Positions 30,508 through 41,200 of a stretch of 64,000 nucleotides of DNA are shown one piece after another. The position numbers and the translations under genes are program-made. Source of the stretch: Verrucomicrobiales bacterium (GTDB taxonomy: Bacteria > Verrucomicrobiota > Verrucomicrobiia > Verrucomicrobiales > V1-33); NCBI GenBank assembly GCA_031411295.1, contig JANOAV010000038.1, positions 50,918-114,917 on the forward strand, in the 5' to 3' direction. The first letter of the stretch is position 1. Each line of letters begins with the position of its first letter. A model generated the notes under the pieces. It had not been told where the DNA came from, searched no databases, and saw only the letters and a program-made list of their open reading frames with translations.

Positions 30508-31254
30508 ATGTTTTCCCTGACTGACAAAGTAGCCGTCGTGACCGGAGCCGGACGCGGCATCGGCCAAGCCATCGCCCAGACCCTCGCAGCTGCCGGAGCC
30601 AAAGTGGCGATCGTAAGCCGCACCGAGGCCAACTCATCCAAAGTGGCGGCCCTGATTAATGAAGCTCACCCCGGAGCGGCCAAGCCCTATGCCGTGGATA
30701 TTGCGGACTCTGCTGCGGTAGCGGAAATGGGCAAGACCGTGCTGGCGGATTTCGGACGAGTGGACATTCTGGTGAACAATGCGGGCCTTACGCGGGACGG
30801 TTTGGCGTTGCGCATGAGCGAGGAGGATTGGGACTTGGTGCTGGATACGAACTTGAAAGGCGCATTTAACGCAGTGAAGGCCTTCCAGCGTTCTATTTTG
30901 AAATCCACGGCTGGCCGCATCATCAATATTAGCTCGGTGGTGGGATTAACTGGGGCGGCGGGTCAGATCAATTATGCGGCCAGCAAGGCAGGTCTCATTG
31001 GCTTCACCAAAAGTGTGGCGCGGGAGTTTGCCGGACGCGGAGTGACCTCCAATGCCATTGCTCCTGGCTTCATCGATACCGATATGACTCATGTCCTGAG
31101 CGACGACATCAAGGCGGGAATCAAGGCGAAAATTCCGCTGAATTCTTTCGGCAACGTGGATGATATCGCCCAAGCCGTCTTGTTTCTAGCCAGTCCTGCG
31201 GCCCGCTATATTACTGGGCAAGTGCTGACGGTGGATGGTGGATTGGTAATGTAG
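30508..31254 (+). CDS. fabG: 3-oxoacyl-ACP reductase
   Basis: TGAGRGIG, NNAG, YAASK, PGFIDTDMT and ITGQVLTVDGG motifs. Confidence 0.93.
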   Translation: MFSLTDKVAVVTGAGRGIGQAIAQTLAAAGAKVAIVSRTEANSSKVAALINEAHPGAAKPYAVDIADSAAVAEMGKTVLADFGRVDILVNNAGLTRDGLALRMSEEDWDLVLDTNLKGAFNAVKAFQRSILKSTAGRIINISSVVGLTGAAGQINYAASKAGLIGFTKSVAREFAGRGVTSNAIAPGFIDTDMTHVLSDDIKAGIKAKIPLNSFGNVDDIAQAVLFLASPAARYITGQVLTVDGGLVM

Positions 31255-31336
31255 CGCGGCGGATTTTTTCGCTTCCCCAGAGATCGAAATGATGTTAAAC
31301 GCAATGGGTAAGGTATTACCCACGTCGTTTTCCAAT

Positions 31337-32452
31337 ATGAAATTCTCCGCCCGCTTGCGCCAGTCAACACTGCTACTGTTAGTGCTTTGCAGCACGCCCC
31401 TGATGGCTGAAGAAGATCCATTTGCCTTCCTCAATGACGAGCCTGACAAGATCAAACCCACCACGCCTGAACCAGGCAAACCGCAAACTCCCAACGTTAG
31501 CTCGGTTACGACGGAAGAGGAATTGATTCTGCGGTGGAAGAATTTCGAAGGTTCCGTGTGGCAGAAGATGCAGAAGACGTTTCCGGTTCGTCGTAAAGCA
31601 GCCGCCGAGACTTTGTTGAAAATGGCGGAACGCGCCACCGGTGCTCCGAAATTGGCCTATGAGCGGGAAGCCAAGCGATTGCTGGAGCTGCCCGCAGATG
31701 CCAATATCAATGTGCTGGGGAGCGATCCCAAAGAGGATGCACTCATGGGATACTGGCGATTCGACAGCCAGGATAAGTATCATCGCACCTTCTATCAGAG
31801 TGGCAACGTGCAGGGGGAGGATAACATCGTTTGGTCCTGGGTGGACAAGGAAGCCGGCGTGCTCGTGCAGCACTCCGCGGGCTGCGATTTACTCTGGTTG
31901 GCGAAGCCTGGAGTAATCCAAGGGATCAATGATAATGGCTTTAAATTCTCGCTGACCAAAAGCCCGGAGCAAACGTATTTCCTAACTGACCCCGTGCTGA
32001 CCAAGCTTGCGGCGGATGAAGCCAAGGAATGCCGTGAGTTGGAAACGACGCTGGCCGCCAAGCGCAAACTGTTGGCGAAATTCCTCAAAGCGCGCGCGGA
32101 CAAAATGTCGGATTCCGTCTTGGCCAAGAAAATCCGCAGCAAGGCGGATGGTCTGCTGGCGAGGAACGCGCCCCTAATGGATCATGTGGAGGATCTGGCC
32201 GGGTTGTGGGAGTGGGGTGGGAAGTCGCTCAAGTTTGCCGCCGCAGGCCGGGTGGTTTCAGCCGATGGGGCTCCCATGGGCACCTGGATGTGGGGGAATG
32301 GAAGGCGCAAAACTGTCATGGTGGTCCTGGATGGTGGCAAATCCGCAAACTCGATCTTTCACGCCAATGCACCCACGGCACATGATGACATGGATGTCTC
32401 TGTGCGGGCCCTTTCCGGTGAGAAATTTAGGGCTAAACGGGTTAAACCCTAA
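31337..32452 (+). CDS. Hypothetical secreted protein
   Basis: Signal-peptide-like N-terminus on a long ORF; no family recognised. Confidence 0.7.
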   Translation: MKFSARLRQSTLLLLVLCSTPLMAEEDPFAFLNDEPDKIKPTTPEPGKPQTPNVSSVTTEEELILRWKNFEGSVWQKMQKTFPVRRKAAAETLLKMAERATGAPKLAYEREAKRLLELPADANINVLGSDPKEDALMGYWRFDSQDKYHRTFYQSGNVQGEDNIVWSWVDKEAGVLVQHSAGCDLLWLAKPGVIQGINDNGFKFSLTKSPEQTYFLTDPVLTKLAADEAKECRELETTLAAKRKLLAKFLKARADKMSDSVLAKKIRSKADGLLARNAPLMDHVEDLAGLWEWGGKSLKFAAAGRVVSADGAPMGTWMWGNGRRKTVMVVLDGGKSANSIFHANAPTAHDDMDVSVRALSGEKFRAKRVKP

Positions 32453-32585
32453 CTCCATTGAGTAAAAGATAGGTTAACAGCCAGGGAGCCGAGATCGCCC
32501 CAACCCGGTTCGGCATGCGCCAGCAGCTCATTTTCCAGAAGCTACCAATCTTCATCTGTGCTAAAGGTTGCTCCAGTAAATAGCG

Positions 32586-34388
32586 ATGATGCATCCCTCC
32601 CTCCCCCTAACGTTGCTGTTGCTCGTCTCCGCGGTTCCCGCTTCGGCACAGGCAATTCTTTCCTCCTGGTATACCAAAAATTCCGGGGTGTTATGTCGTG
32701 TCATTCAGAGCCCGACGTTGACGACGCCAGTGACGACTTGGCCTGCGTCTGGAGTGACCAACAATAACACTGGGGCGGCAGCGCAGACGGTGCAGACGTA
32801 TGCGGATGTGCAGCGGATTCGTTACACGGCCACGGATGTTTACATCAATGCCAATGGCTTGGCGTCTTACACCCTGGGGCCGTGGCTGACGAATACGGGT
32901 GGATTGTTTGGCTTTTGGCCGCTGGCGCGCGATTATTCGACGCGGATCACGCGGACTCCGGTGATCAACGGAACGAAAGTGCGGCACGGGGGCGGCATGA
33001 TCGGGATGATGGTGAATGGGGTGGCGATTTATGATTTGGGCGATGCGTTTTCTTTTAATCAGACGAACACCACCGCACCTGCCACACCCAGTGCTGTCAC
33101 GGGCACTGATGGCATGGGCGCCACCGGTGATGGGTTTTGGTCGCGCGATGCGTTGGCGGTTGAGGTGGTAACGTTCGATCCAGGATTTGCTCATCAACCC
33201 GGAAACAACGGCCAGTATCATTATCACGCGGAACCCAAGGCGTTGCGGTATCAGCTGGGGGATAACATGAAGGCAACCTACAATGTGACCAACAACACCA
33301 ACACTTATACCGAAGATTTTTCCAATCCGCACCACTCTCCCATTTTGGGGTGGTGTTTTGATGGCTTGCCGATTTACGGCCCATATGCCTACGACGGAGG
33401 CGTTGCTACCGTTAGTGGCGGAGCCGTGACTGCGGTTACCAAATCCACCAGCCCGGTAACCTACACTGCTCCACCCACCATTGTGTTTACTGGCGGCGGC
33501 GGCTCGGGTGCTGCGGCTACGGCGGTGTTGAATGCCGGGGTTATCTCCAGCATTACGATGGTTAGTGGCGGCAGTGGTTATACTTCGGCCCCAGCAGTGA
33601 CCATTCTCGGTGGGGTGCGGCGGATGCGGAATGGTTTTGTGCTGCGGAATGGAGCGAACGGCACGCAAAATCTGGTTTCAACAGGTCGAAAATCACTTCC
33701 GAAATGGGCGGTGGCGGCCCAGAGCTATACCACCGGAACTCTCAATGGAACTACGGGAGACTACGACATGCCAGCCACGGAATGGGGGCCGGTTACGACC
33801 TATCAAACCACGGGGCCGGGTGGGGTCACGATTTATTCACTGGGACGCTACATTGGAGATTACGACTACCTCGGGGACCGCGGCCAGACGCAGGGAGTTG
33901 GTTTCGACATGGATCAATACAATGGCCGCTACTGCGTCACGCCAGAGTTCCCCAATGGCACTTACGCCTATTTCGTGACCGTCGATGCCGCCGGGAATCC
34001 CGCGTTTCCATACATGTTGGGGAAACAATACTTCGGAACCTCGAATGCGACCAACCCTGCCACCGTTCCTGTCGGAGCCACGGAGCTATTTAACGGCGGA
34101 CCTAACATCAAGGAAACTTGGGTGGGTGGACCGGCAACTGCCAGCAATGGTAATGTCACCCTAACCTGGAACAGCGTGGAAGGTGGAACCTACAAAGTGG
34201 AGGCCTCCGATACCCTGAGCAGTTGGTCCACGCTGAGCACCACGGTCCCGGGGGCTGCGAATAGTCCGCAAACTTCCTTCATCGAATCCGCTGCCGCTCC
34301 CCCAGGTGTGGGTAATCACACCCGGCGGTTCTATCGCGTCACCCGCACGGGCACCGCAGCTTACGATCCCGCTTACACTGGCCAATAA
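32586..34388 (+). CDS. YHYH-domain protein with verrucomicrobial C-terminal domain
   Basis: GQYHYH, HSPILGWCFDGLPIYGPY and NGRYCVTPEFPNGTYAYF motifs. Confidence 0.92.
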   Translation: MMHPSLPLTLLLLVSAVPASAQAILSSWYTKNSGVLCRVIQSPTLTTPVTTWPASGVTNNNTGAAAQTVQTYADVQRIRYTATDVYINANGLASYTLGPWLTNTGGLFGFWPLARDYSTRITRTPVINGTKVRHGGGMIGMMVNGVAIYDLGDAFSFNQTNTTAPATPSAVTGTDGMGATGDGFWSRDALAVEVVTFDPGFAHQPGNNGQYHYHAEPKALRYQLGDNMKATYNVTNNTNTYTEDFSNPHHSPILGWCFDGLPIYGPYAYDGGVATVSGGAVTAVTKSTSPVTYTAPPTIVFTGGGGSGAAATAVLNAGVISSITMVSGGSGYTSAPAVTILGGVRRMRNGFVLRNGANGTQNLVSTGRKSLPKWAVAAQSYTTGTLNGTTGDYDMPATEWGPVTTYQTTGPGGVTIYSLGRYIGDYDYLGDRGQTQGVGFDMDQYNGRYCVTPEFPNGTYAYFVTVDAAGNPAFPYMLGKQYFGTSNATNPATVPVGATELFNGGPNIKETWVGGPATASNGNVTLTWNSVEGGTYKVEASDTLSSWSTLSTTVPGAANSPQTSFIESAAAPPGVGNHTRRFYRVTRTGTAAYDPAYTGQ

Positions 34389-34390
34389 TC

Positions 34391-35995
34391 ATGCGCCCAT
34401 CACCCCATGCTTTATTAGGGCTCGGATTATTGGTGCTGCTGCTGAACCAGTCCCACGCTGACCCCCGTTTTACCTCCTGGCTCACCACAAACTCCACGAA
34501 GTATGCCCGGGTCACGGAAACAACGACTACCAGTCCGGTAGCTACGTGGCCATCTCCTGGTATTCCCAAGAACGCGATGAGCCCGACCCAAGCGGTCCCG
34601 GCCTACGCGGATGTGCAGCAGATTCTCTATTCGGCAAATTTCGTTTATGTTAAGTCCGCCAATCTTGCCAGTCACCGCATGGGGCCGTGGTATAAGGAAT
34701 ACACCAAAGTTACGGTGAATGGGTTGTGGCCGGATAATGGCAAAATCACCTCGAAAATTCCGCGGAATCCCTCGGCGGTGGCCAATCCGATTGTCGTTTC
34801 CCAACAAGTGGCGCAGGGACCGGTGGGGGTGTTAGTCAATGGAGTTACCATTGCCAATCTGGGTGACGGCTCCGGCTACGATACCGCTCTGGCTAAGGAT
34901 GCGGGCGTGACGGGCGGCGGGGCTCCGGGGAATCAATCCGATGTCTGGATCCGTTGTGCCACGGGTGCGGAGGGCCCGATTCTCGATTCCGGGTTCGGAC
35001 ATCCTGCGCCTGACGGAGGTTACCATTACCATGCCAGTCCGCGGGCGCTGCGTTATCAATTGGGAGATAATTTAACCCTCACCCCGGGCGGAGCATCAAC
35101 GCCATCGATTGATACCTACACGGAAAACACCTCGAACCTGCATCACTCGCCCATCGTGGGCTGGGCTTACGATGGCTACCCGATCTATGGGCCCTACGGC
35201 TACTCGAGCGCAAATGATCCTAACAGCCCCGTGCGACGCATGGTGTCCGGTCATGTGCCACGGGATGGCACCAAGGGCACGACCAATCTAACCACGGCAG
35301 GCCGACGCTCGCTGGCGCCATGGGCTGCGTTGTTTCACACGTTCACGACCACGTTAGGCTCGGCGGATTATGCCCTGCCCAGCACCCGTTGGGGCCCGAA
35401 TGTCTCCACGAGTTTTCCGATCGGATGGTATGCGGAGGATTTCGATTATCTGGGCGACATCGTGAAGACTCCCGCCACCGGAGCACGTTATGTGCAGGGG
35501 GTGGATTTCGATTTGGATAAACCCAACGGACGTCAATGTGTGACGCCGGAATTTCCGGGTGGGATCTACGCTTATTTTATCCCGATTGATGCCAACGGCG
35601 TGCCGGCTTTTCCCTATTCCATTGGCCGTTACTGGCGAGGCACGCGGAGCGGTGGTCGGGTCGTCAATGGAAACATCACCGAGACCGTGACCACGCTCTT
35701 CACGGGTGGGCCAGCGATGGCGGAAACTTGGAAGGGTGGTCCCTCCATCGCACCCGCTTCTGGCAATGTTACGATCACTTGGAATAGCCTCGAAGGCGGC
35801 ACCTACAAAGTGGAGGCCTCCGGCAATCTGCAGAGCTGGTCCGTGCTGAACGCTGCGCAAGCCGCCGCTGGCAATGCGACGAGCACGCCCTTTGTTGACA
35901 GTGCCTCTGCCTTGCCTGGCAATAACCCACGACGATTCTATCGCGTCACGCGCACAGGCAACGCCACCTTCGATTCGGCTTACACCGGGCAGTAA
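34391..35995 (+). CDS. YHYH-domain protein (tandem paralog)
   Basis: GGYHYH, HSPIVGWAYDGYPIYGPYG and NGRQCVTPEFPGGIYAYF motifs. Confidence 0.92.
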   Translation: MRPSPHALLGLGLLVLLLNQSHADPRFTSWLTTNSTKYARVTETTTTSPVATWPSPGIPKNAMSPTQAVPAYADVQQILYSANFVYVKSANLASHRMGPWYKEYTKVTVNGLWPDNGKITSKIPRNPSAVANPIVVSQQVAQGPVGVLVNGVTIANLGDGSGYDTALAKDAGVTGGGAPGNQSDVWIRCATGAEGPILDSGFGHPAPDGGYHYHASPRALRYQLGDNLTLTPGGASTPSIDTYTENTSNLHHSPIVGWAYDGYPIYGPYGYSSANDPNSPVRRMVSGHVPRDGTKGTTNLTTAGRRSLAPWAALFHTFTTTLGSADYALPSTRWGPNVSTSFPIGWYAEDFDYLGDIVKTPATGARYVQGVDFDLDKPNGRQCVTPEFPGGIYAYFIPIDANGVPAFPYSIGRYWRGTRSGGRVVNGNITETVTTLFTGGPAMAETWKGGPSIAPASGNVTITWNSLEGGTYKVEASGNLQSWSVLNAAQAAAGNATSTPFVDSASALPGNNPRRFYRVTRTGNATFDSAYTGQ

Positions 35996-36055
35996 TGGTC
36001 TGAAAGTTCCCTTTGCCTTCACGCTGGCGTAAGGTTCACTCGACAGCTTGTGTCT

Positions 36056-37234
36056 ATGAAAGCTTCCATCATCATCATGATCGCACTCGCTGCTGTGGGC
36101 GGGTGGTCGATTGCGCGCTTTACCGGGGGCAGTGGCAATGTCGCTGCGGGCAGCAGGAAAATTATTTGCTATCAGAGTCCGATGCATCCTTGGGTGAAGT
36201 CGGATCATCCCGGACAATGCACGGTGTGTGGCATGGATCTGGTGCCGGTGTATGAGGGGGAGAACGGATTCGATCACGCCATAAGTGACGTGGTGATGCT
36301 CCCGCAAGGAAGCATTAAGGCGGTAGGGATTCAAGTGTTGCCAACTCGCGTGCGCAGCTTGGTGCGGACGCTGCGGGTGGCGGGCATGATCGGGGAGGAT
36401 GAATCGCGCCATGGGGTCATCAGTGCTCCGGTCGAAGGACGCATCGATGGTTTATCGATGAATCATGAAGGTCAGCAAATCACCCGCCGCCAGCCGCTGG
36501 CCACCATGTTCAGTCGCACCCTCTTGAGCGCTGCCAACGATTACAATGTGGCGGTGAGTCAAGGAGATGGCAGTGCTACGACGTTGGCGAAACGACGTCT
36601 GGAACAATATGGACTGGTCTGGGAGCAGATCGAAGCGATACCTCGTCGGCAACCGGACGATCTCTATTTCGGGATCCTGGCTCCGCTGACGGGCACGATT
36701 GTGAAGGCCAATGTTGCCGAAGGTCAGTATGTGAAAGAAGGGGATCGAATGTTTGAGATCGCGGACTTCACGAAAATGTGGTTTCACTTCATGGCTTACG
36801 AACCGGATTTGCCATGGTTGCAATTGGGTCAGATAGTGACGCTGCAAACGGCCTCGTGGCCTGGTCATGAAATCAAAGCCAGAGTGGCGTTTATCAGTCC
36901 GAATCTGGATGAGATGACGCGCTCCGCGAAGGTGCGAGTGGTGGTGGAGAATCCAGATCGGAAAATCAAGAACAACAGTTTTGCCGAAGGCGTGGTGGAA
37001 TGGGAATCTCCCGAGGTGCTGACGGTAGCCCGCAGTGCGGTGCTCTGGCCCGGTGCGACGCCAAGGGTGTATGTGGAAAAGGAACCGGGAACCTACGCGG
37101 CCCGCAATGTTAAGCTGGGCCGGGCGGGTGACGCCGAGTGGGAAGTCCTGGAAGGATTGCAGGCCGGGGATCGCGTAGTGACCAGCGGCAACATGCTGAT
37201 CGATAGCCAAGCCCAGTTGGATAAAATTGAGTGA
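36056..37234 (+). CDS. cusB: CusB-like heavy-metal RND periplasmic adaptor
   Basis: Metal-binding domain YQSPMHP..PGQCTVCGMDLVP followed by membrane-fusion protein motifs. Confidence 0.88.
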   Translation: MKASIIIMIALAAVGGWSIARFTGGSGNVAAGSRKIICYQSPMHPWVKSDHPGQCTVCGMDLVPVYEGENGFDHAISDVVMLPQGSIKAVGIQVLPTRVRSLVRTLRVAGMIGEDESRHGVISAPVEGRIDGLSMNHEGQQITRRQPLATMFSRTLLSAANDYNVAVSQGDGSATTLAKRRLEQYGLVWEQIEAIPRRQPDDLYFGILAPLTGTIVKANVAEGQYVKEGDRMFEIADFTKMWFHFMAYEPDLPWLQLGQIVTLQTASWPGHEIKARVAFISPNLDEMTRSAKVRVVVENPDRKIKNNSFAEGVVEWESPEVLTVARSAVLWPGATPRVYVEKEPGTYAARNVKLGRAGDAEWEVLEGLQAGDRVVTSGNMLIDSQAQLDKIE

Positions 37235-37244
37235 GTGAGCGAAT

Positions 37245-38239
37245 GTGGAGCAGCTCGCTGGGCTGCTCAAAAAATGAATATGAGGCGATGAACGAAAACG
37301 AAATACTAGATCCACGAATCTTAGATTACAGCAGCCCAGCGGGCTGCTGCCACACTCGCGCGAATGTGGAGCAGCCCGCTGGGCTGCTCAAAATCAACGC
37401 CCACGGCCATGAGTGATCCAGCACCCACGAACTCCTCGCCAGAGGGAAAAGCAGTCCAGCGGACTGCTTCCACACTCGGTAAATTCTTCGAACCAGAAGC
37501 CCCCATCGAGAAATCGCAGCGAGACCTGCCGCATTGGAATCAAGCAGGATGCATTTACTTCGTGACTTACCGGATGGGGGATTCCATTCCGGCGGAGAAA
37601 CTCCATGAATTGGAAAGAGAACGCTTTCTCTGGCTGAAGCAGCATCCGAAACCTTGGAATGACGCAACGTGGACCGAGTATTCCAAACGCTTCGAAGGTC
37701 CGGTGCAACAATGGTTGGATGCCGGACATGGCTCGTGTGTGTTGCGGGCGGATGAATTGCGCGATGTTGTGGTGGAGAGCTTCCATCGGTTTGCTGGGGC
37801 GCGTTACGATCTGGGGGATTATGTGATCATGCCCAATCATGCGCATGTGCTGGTTACGCCGATGGAGGGCTTTGCATTAAAGTCCATCCTTCATACTTGG
37901 AAATCCTTTACCGCCAAGGCGATCCTTAAAGTTTGCCCCGAGGCACCTGGGCACTTCTGGCAGCATGAATCGTATGATCACATCGTGCGCAGCCCAAAGC
38001 AACTGGCGCACTATCAACATTACATCCGAGAGAATCCGCTGAATGCCAGATTGAAAGAGGGGAGTTACACCCATTGGGTGGCGCCTAAAAAATGAATGTG
38101 GAGCAGCCCGCTGGGCTGCTCAAAAAATAACCACTGCGATGATGACCACTGAAACTTCAAACGCACTTCCTGCCAGGAAAGCAGTCCAGCGGACTGCTTC
38201 CACACTCGCACGAATGTGGAGCAGCCCGCTGGGCTGCTC
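37245..38239. repeat. Cluster of seven GTGG-type REPs around the RAYT gene
   Basis: gtggagcagcccgctgggctgctc and variants at 37245(+), 37329(-), 37366(+), 37449(-), 38098(+), 38179(-) and 38216(+). Confidence 0.92.
37409..38095 (+). CDS. REP-associated tyrosine transposase (RAYT, IS200/Y1 HUH superfamily)
   Basis: LPHW..YFVTYR, HUH motif IMPNHAHVL, WKSFTA and FWQHESYDHIVR..YIRENP; flanked by REPs. Confidence 0.92.
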   Translation: MSDPAPTNSSPEGKAVQRTASTLGKFFEPEAPIEKSQRDLPHWNQAGCIYFVTYRMGDSIPAEKLHELERERFLWLKQHPKPWNDATWTEYSKRFEGPVQQWLDAGHGSCVLRADELRDVVVESFHRFAGARYDLGDYVIMPNHAHVLVTPMEGFALKSILHTWKSFTAKAILKVCPEAPGHFWQHESYDHIVRSPKQLAHYQHYIRENPLNARLKEGSYTHWVAPKK

Positions 38240-38284
38240 ATCCGCCCTCGCAGAGACTACTTCCACCCGCGCTTTGCATTCCCT

Positions 38285-41200
38285 ATGATAAACCACCTCA
38301 TAGAATGGTCGCTGCGCAATCGCTTCCTTGTGGTTGGGCTTACGTTGCTGCTCATCGGGGCCGGGATTCGGGCCATGTGGAGCACGCCGGTGGATGCGTT
38401 GCCGGATCTCAGCGAGAACCAAGTGATCGTTTCTGCAGACTGGATGGGGCGGGGACCGCAGGAGGTTGAGGCACAGGTGACGCAGCCGCTGTCGCTGCAT
38501 TTGCAAGGGCTTGGTGGGATTAAGTCGGTGCGTGCCACCTCCATGTTTGGCTTCGCGTTAGTTAACCTTATTTTCGAAGACAGCGTTTCCAGTGAAAGCG
38601 CTCGGCAACGGGTGCTGGAACGATTGAATGCGCTGCGTGGAAAACTGCCCGCAGGAGTGGCGCCTACGCTGGGGCCGGATGCGACCGGGCTGGGCTGGGT
38701 CTATCAATATTATCTGGCGGTCGATCCAGCGATGTCTGGTCGCGATGGGTATGATCTGGGGTCCTTGCGGGCGCTGCAGGACTCGTTTGTGCGACCGCAG
38801 CTCAGCAGTGTGGCCGGCGTGGCGGAAGTTGGCAGTGTGGGTGGATTCGTGAAGCAATATCAGATCGAAGTAGATTCAGCCAAGATGCGCAATGCTGGCG
38901 TTTCCTTGACCCAAGTGATGGATGCGGTGAGCCAGAGCAATCTCAATGTAGGTGGTAAGACCATCGAAGAAAATGGCATGGAGTTTATCGTCCGAGGCGT
39001 GGGCTTGCTGCATGGTCCGGAGGAGATAGAGAACCTGACGGTGGCGGAGCAAGACGACAAAATAACCCGACTTCAAGATGTCGCGCGCGTGGAACTCGGA
39101 GGTGACTTCCGTCGGGGCACGCTGGATGTGATGGGGCATGAAGTGGTGGGCGGCACCGTGGTGATGCGCTTGGGAGAGAATGCCAGCGCGGTCATTCAGC
39201 GAGTCAAAACCAAGGTGGAGCAATTGCAGGCTAGTCTGCCCGAAGGCGTTCGGATCACCGCCTTCTATGATCGCAGTGAATTGATCGACCGCACCATCGC
39301 GACGCTGCGCAGCACCCTGCGGGGAGAGATTCTGCTGGTCACACTGGCGCATATCCTTTTTCTGTTTCACTTCCGGAGCATTCTCATCGTGATTCTGCCC
39401 TTGCCGGTGAGCATCCTGATTTCCTTCATCCTCATGCGACAAGTGGGGATATCTTCCAATTTGATGAGCTTGTCAGGAATTGCCATCGCCATCGGGGTGC
39501 TGGTGGATGCCGCCATTGTGATCACGGAAAATGTCATTCGTCATTGTGAGCAGGCCACGGTGCGCAAAGGTTCCGCGCTGACGACGGCGGAGACTTGGCA
39601 GACGGTTTTGGTATCTGCGCAACAAGTGGGCCGCCCGATTTTCTTTGCCATGGCGATCATCATTCTCGCCTTCGTGCCCGTGTTTGCCCTCACGGGGGTG
39701 GAAGGGAAATTGTTTCATCCGCTGGCATTTACCAAGACCTTCGCGATGATCGGTTCCACCTTGTTGGCAGTGACCATCGTGCCCGTGTTGTGCACTTGGT
39801 TGGTGCGGGGACCTTTTCACGCGGAAGAGCGGAACGTGGTGATGCGGGGGATGCTGCGACTCTACGATCCCGTGCTGGAGTTTGCGCTAAGTCATCGGAA
39901 ATTCGTGTTAGGTTGCGCAGGGATTGTTTTGCTGGGCGCACTGAGTCTGATTCCGCAGATGGGTCGCGAATTCATGCCGCCTTTAAATGAAGGCAGCCTG
40001 CTCTACATGCCGAGTTACGTTCCGGCCACCGCCCTCAGTGAGGTGAAACGCGCCATGGCTTGGCAGGACCAGGTGCTGGCGACGTTTCCAGAAGTGCAAT
40101 CCGCGGTGGGGAAACTGGGTCGGGTCGATACCGCCACCGATCCAGCGCCCATTGAGATGATTGAAACCACAATCATGCTCAAGCCCGAAAGCGCATGGCG
40201 GGAGGGCATGACACGCGAGAAATTAGTGGCAGAAATGACGGCTGCGATGCGACAAATCCCGGGTTCCGTCCCTGGATTCCTCCAGCCCATCGAAGGCCGC
40301 GTGCTGATGATTTCCACGGGTATTCGCGCTCAGTTAGGAGTGAAAATTTTCGGGAACAATTTGGAGGAATTGCAGCGCGCCGCGGCCTCCGTGCAACAGG
40401 TGGTGCAACTGGTTCCAGGAGCCATGGGCGTGGCCTCCAGTAGAATTCAAGGCAAGCCGTATTTGGAAATCCGAGTCAACCGGGAAGCCGCCAATCGCTA
40501 TGGACTAAGCGCTCAGCAGGTATTGGATGCAGTGGAGGTGGGCATCGGTGGAAAGGAAGTTACCTCAGTGATAGACGGGCGGAATCGGATCCCAGTGCAA
40601 GTCCGTTTGCAGCGGAGCGAGCGGGAAGATCTGACGCGTCTGCAAGCCGTGCTAGTAACTTCCGCCACCGGCAAAGTCGTTCCTTTGGGTGTCGTGGCAG
40701 AGATTGTGCGGGTGGAGGGCCCGAATGAAATTTCCAGCGAGTATGGCCGGTTGCGGGCTTACGTGCAGGCCAATGTGAGCGGGCGGGACTTGGGTGGCTT
40801 CGTGGAAGAAGTGAAGTCCAAATTAGCCACTAAAGTGCTGCCCAGCTTGGCCGCCAAGGGGATGACATTGGAATACAGTGGCACTTACGAAAATCAGATT
40901 CACGCCGCCTCCACGCTGCGCTGGATTGTGCCCACGGTGCTGGGCATTATCTTCCTCCTGCTGCTGATGTTGTATCGCAAAGCCGCAGAAGCCGCGCACG
41001 TGCTGCTGGCAGTGCCCTTCGCGTTGAGCGGTGGAGTGATGCTGCAATACGCGCTGGGTTGGAATTTCAGCGTGGCAGTGTGGGTCGGGTATATCGCGTT
41101 GTTTGGCACGGCCATTCAAACTGCGGTGGTGATGGTCGTTTATCTGGAAGAGGCGGTGGAGCACAAACGGAAGCAACTCGGGTGTGCCTTTACTCAGGCC

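Noticed and set aside
34110..35995. Similar 3' ends of the two YHYH genes as a DGR template/variable pair
   Set aside because: The differences are not adenine-specific and both copies are coding, so ordinary paralogy explains them.
37245..38239. Possible CRISPR array
   Set aside because: The repeats alternate in orientation, spacing is irregular, there are no cas genes, and they flank a RAYT. These are REPs.
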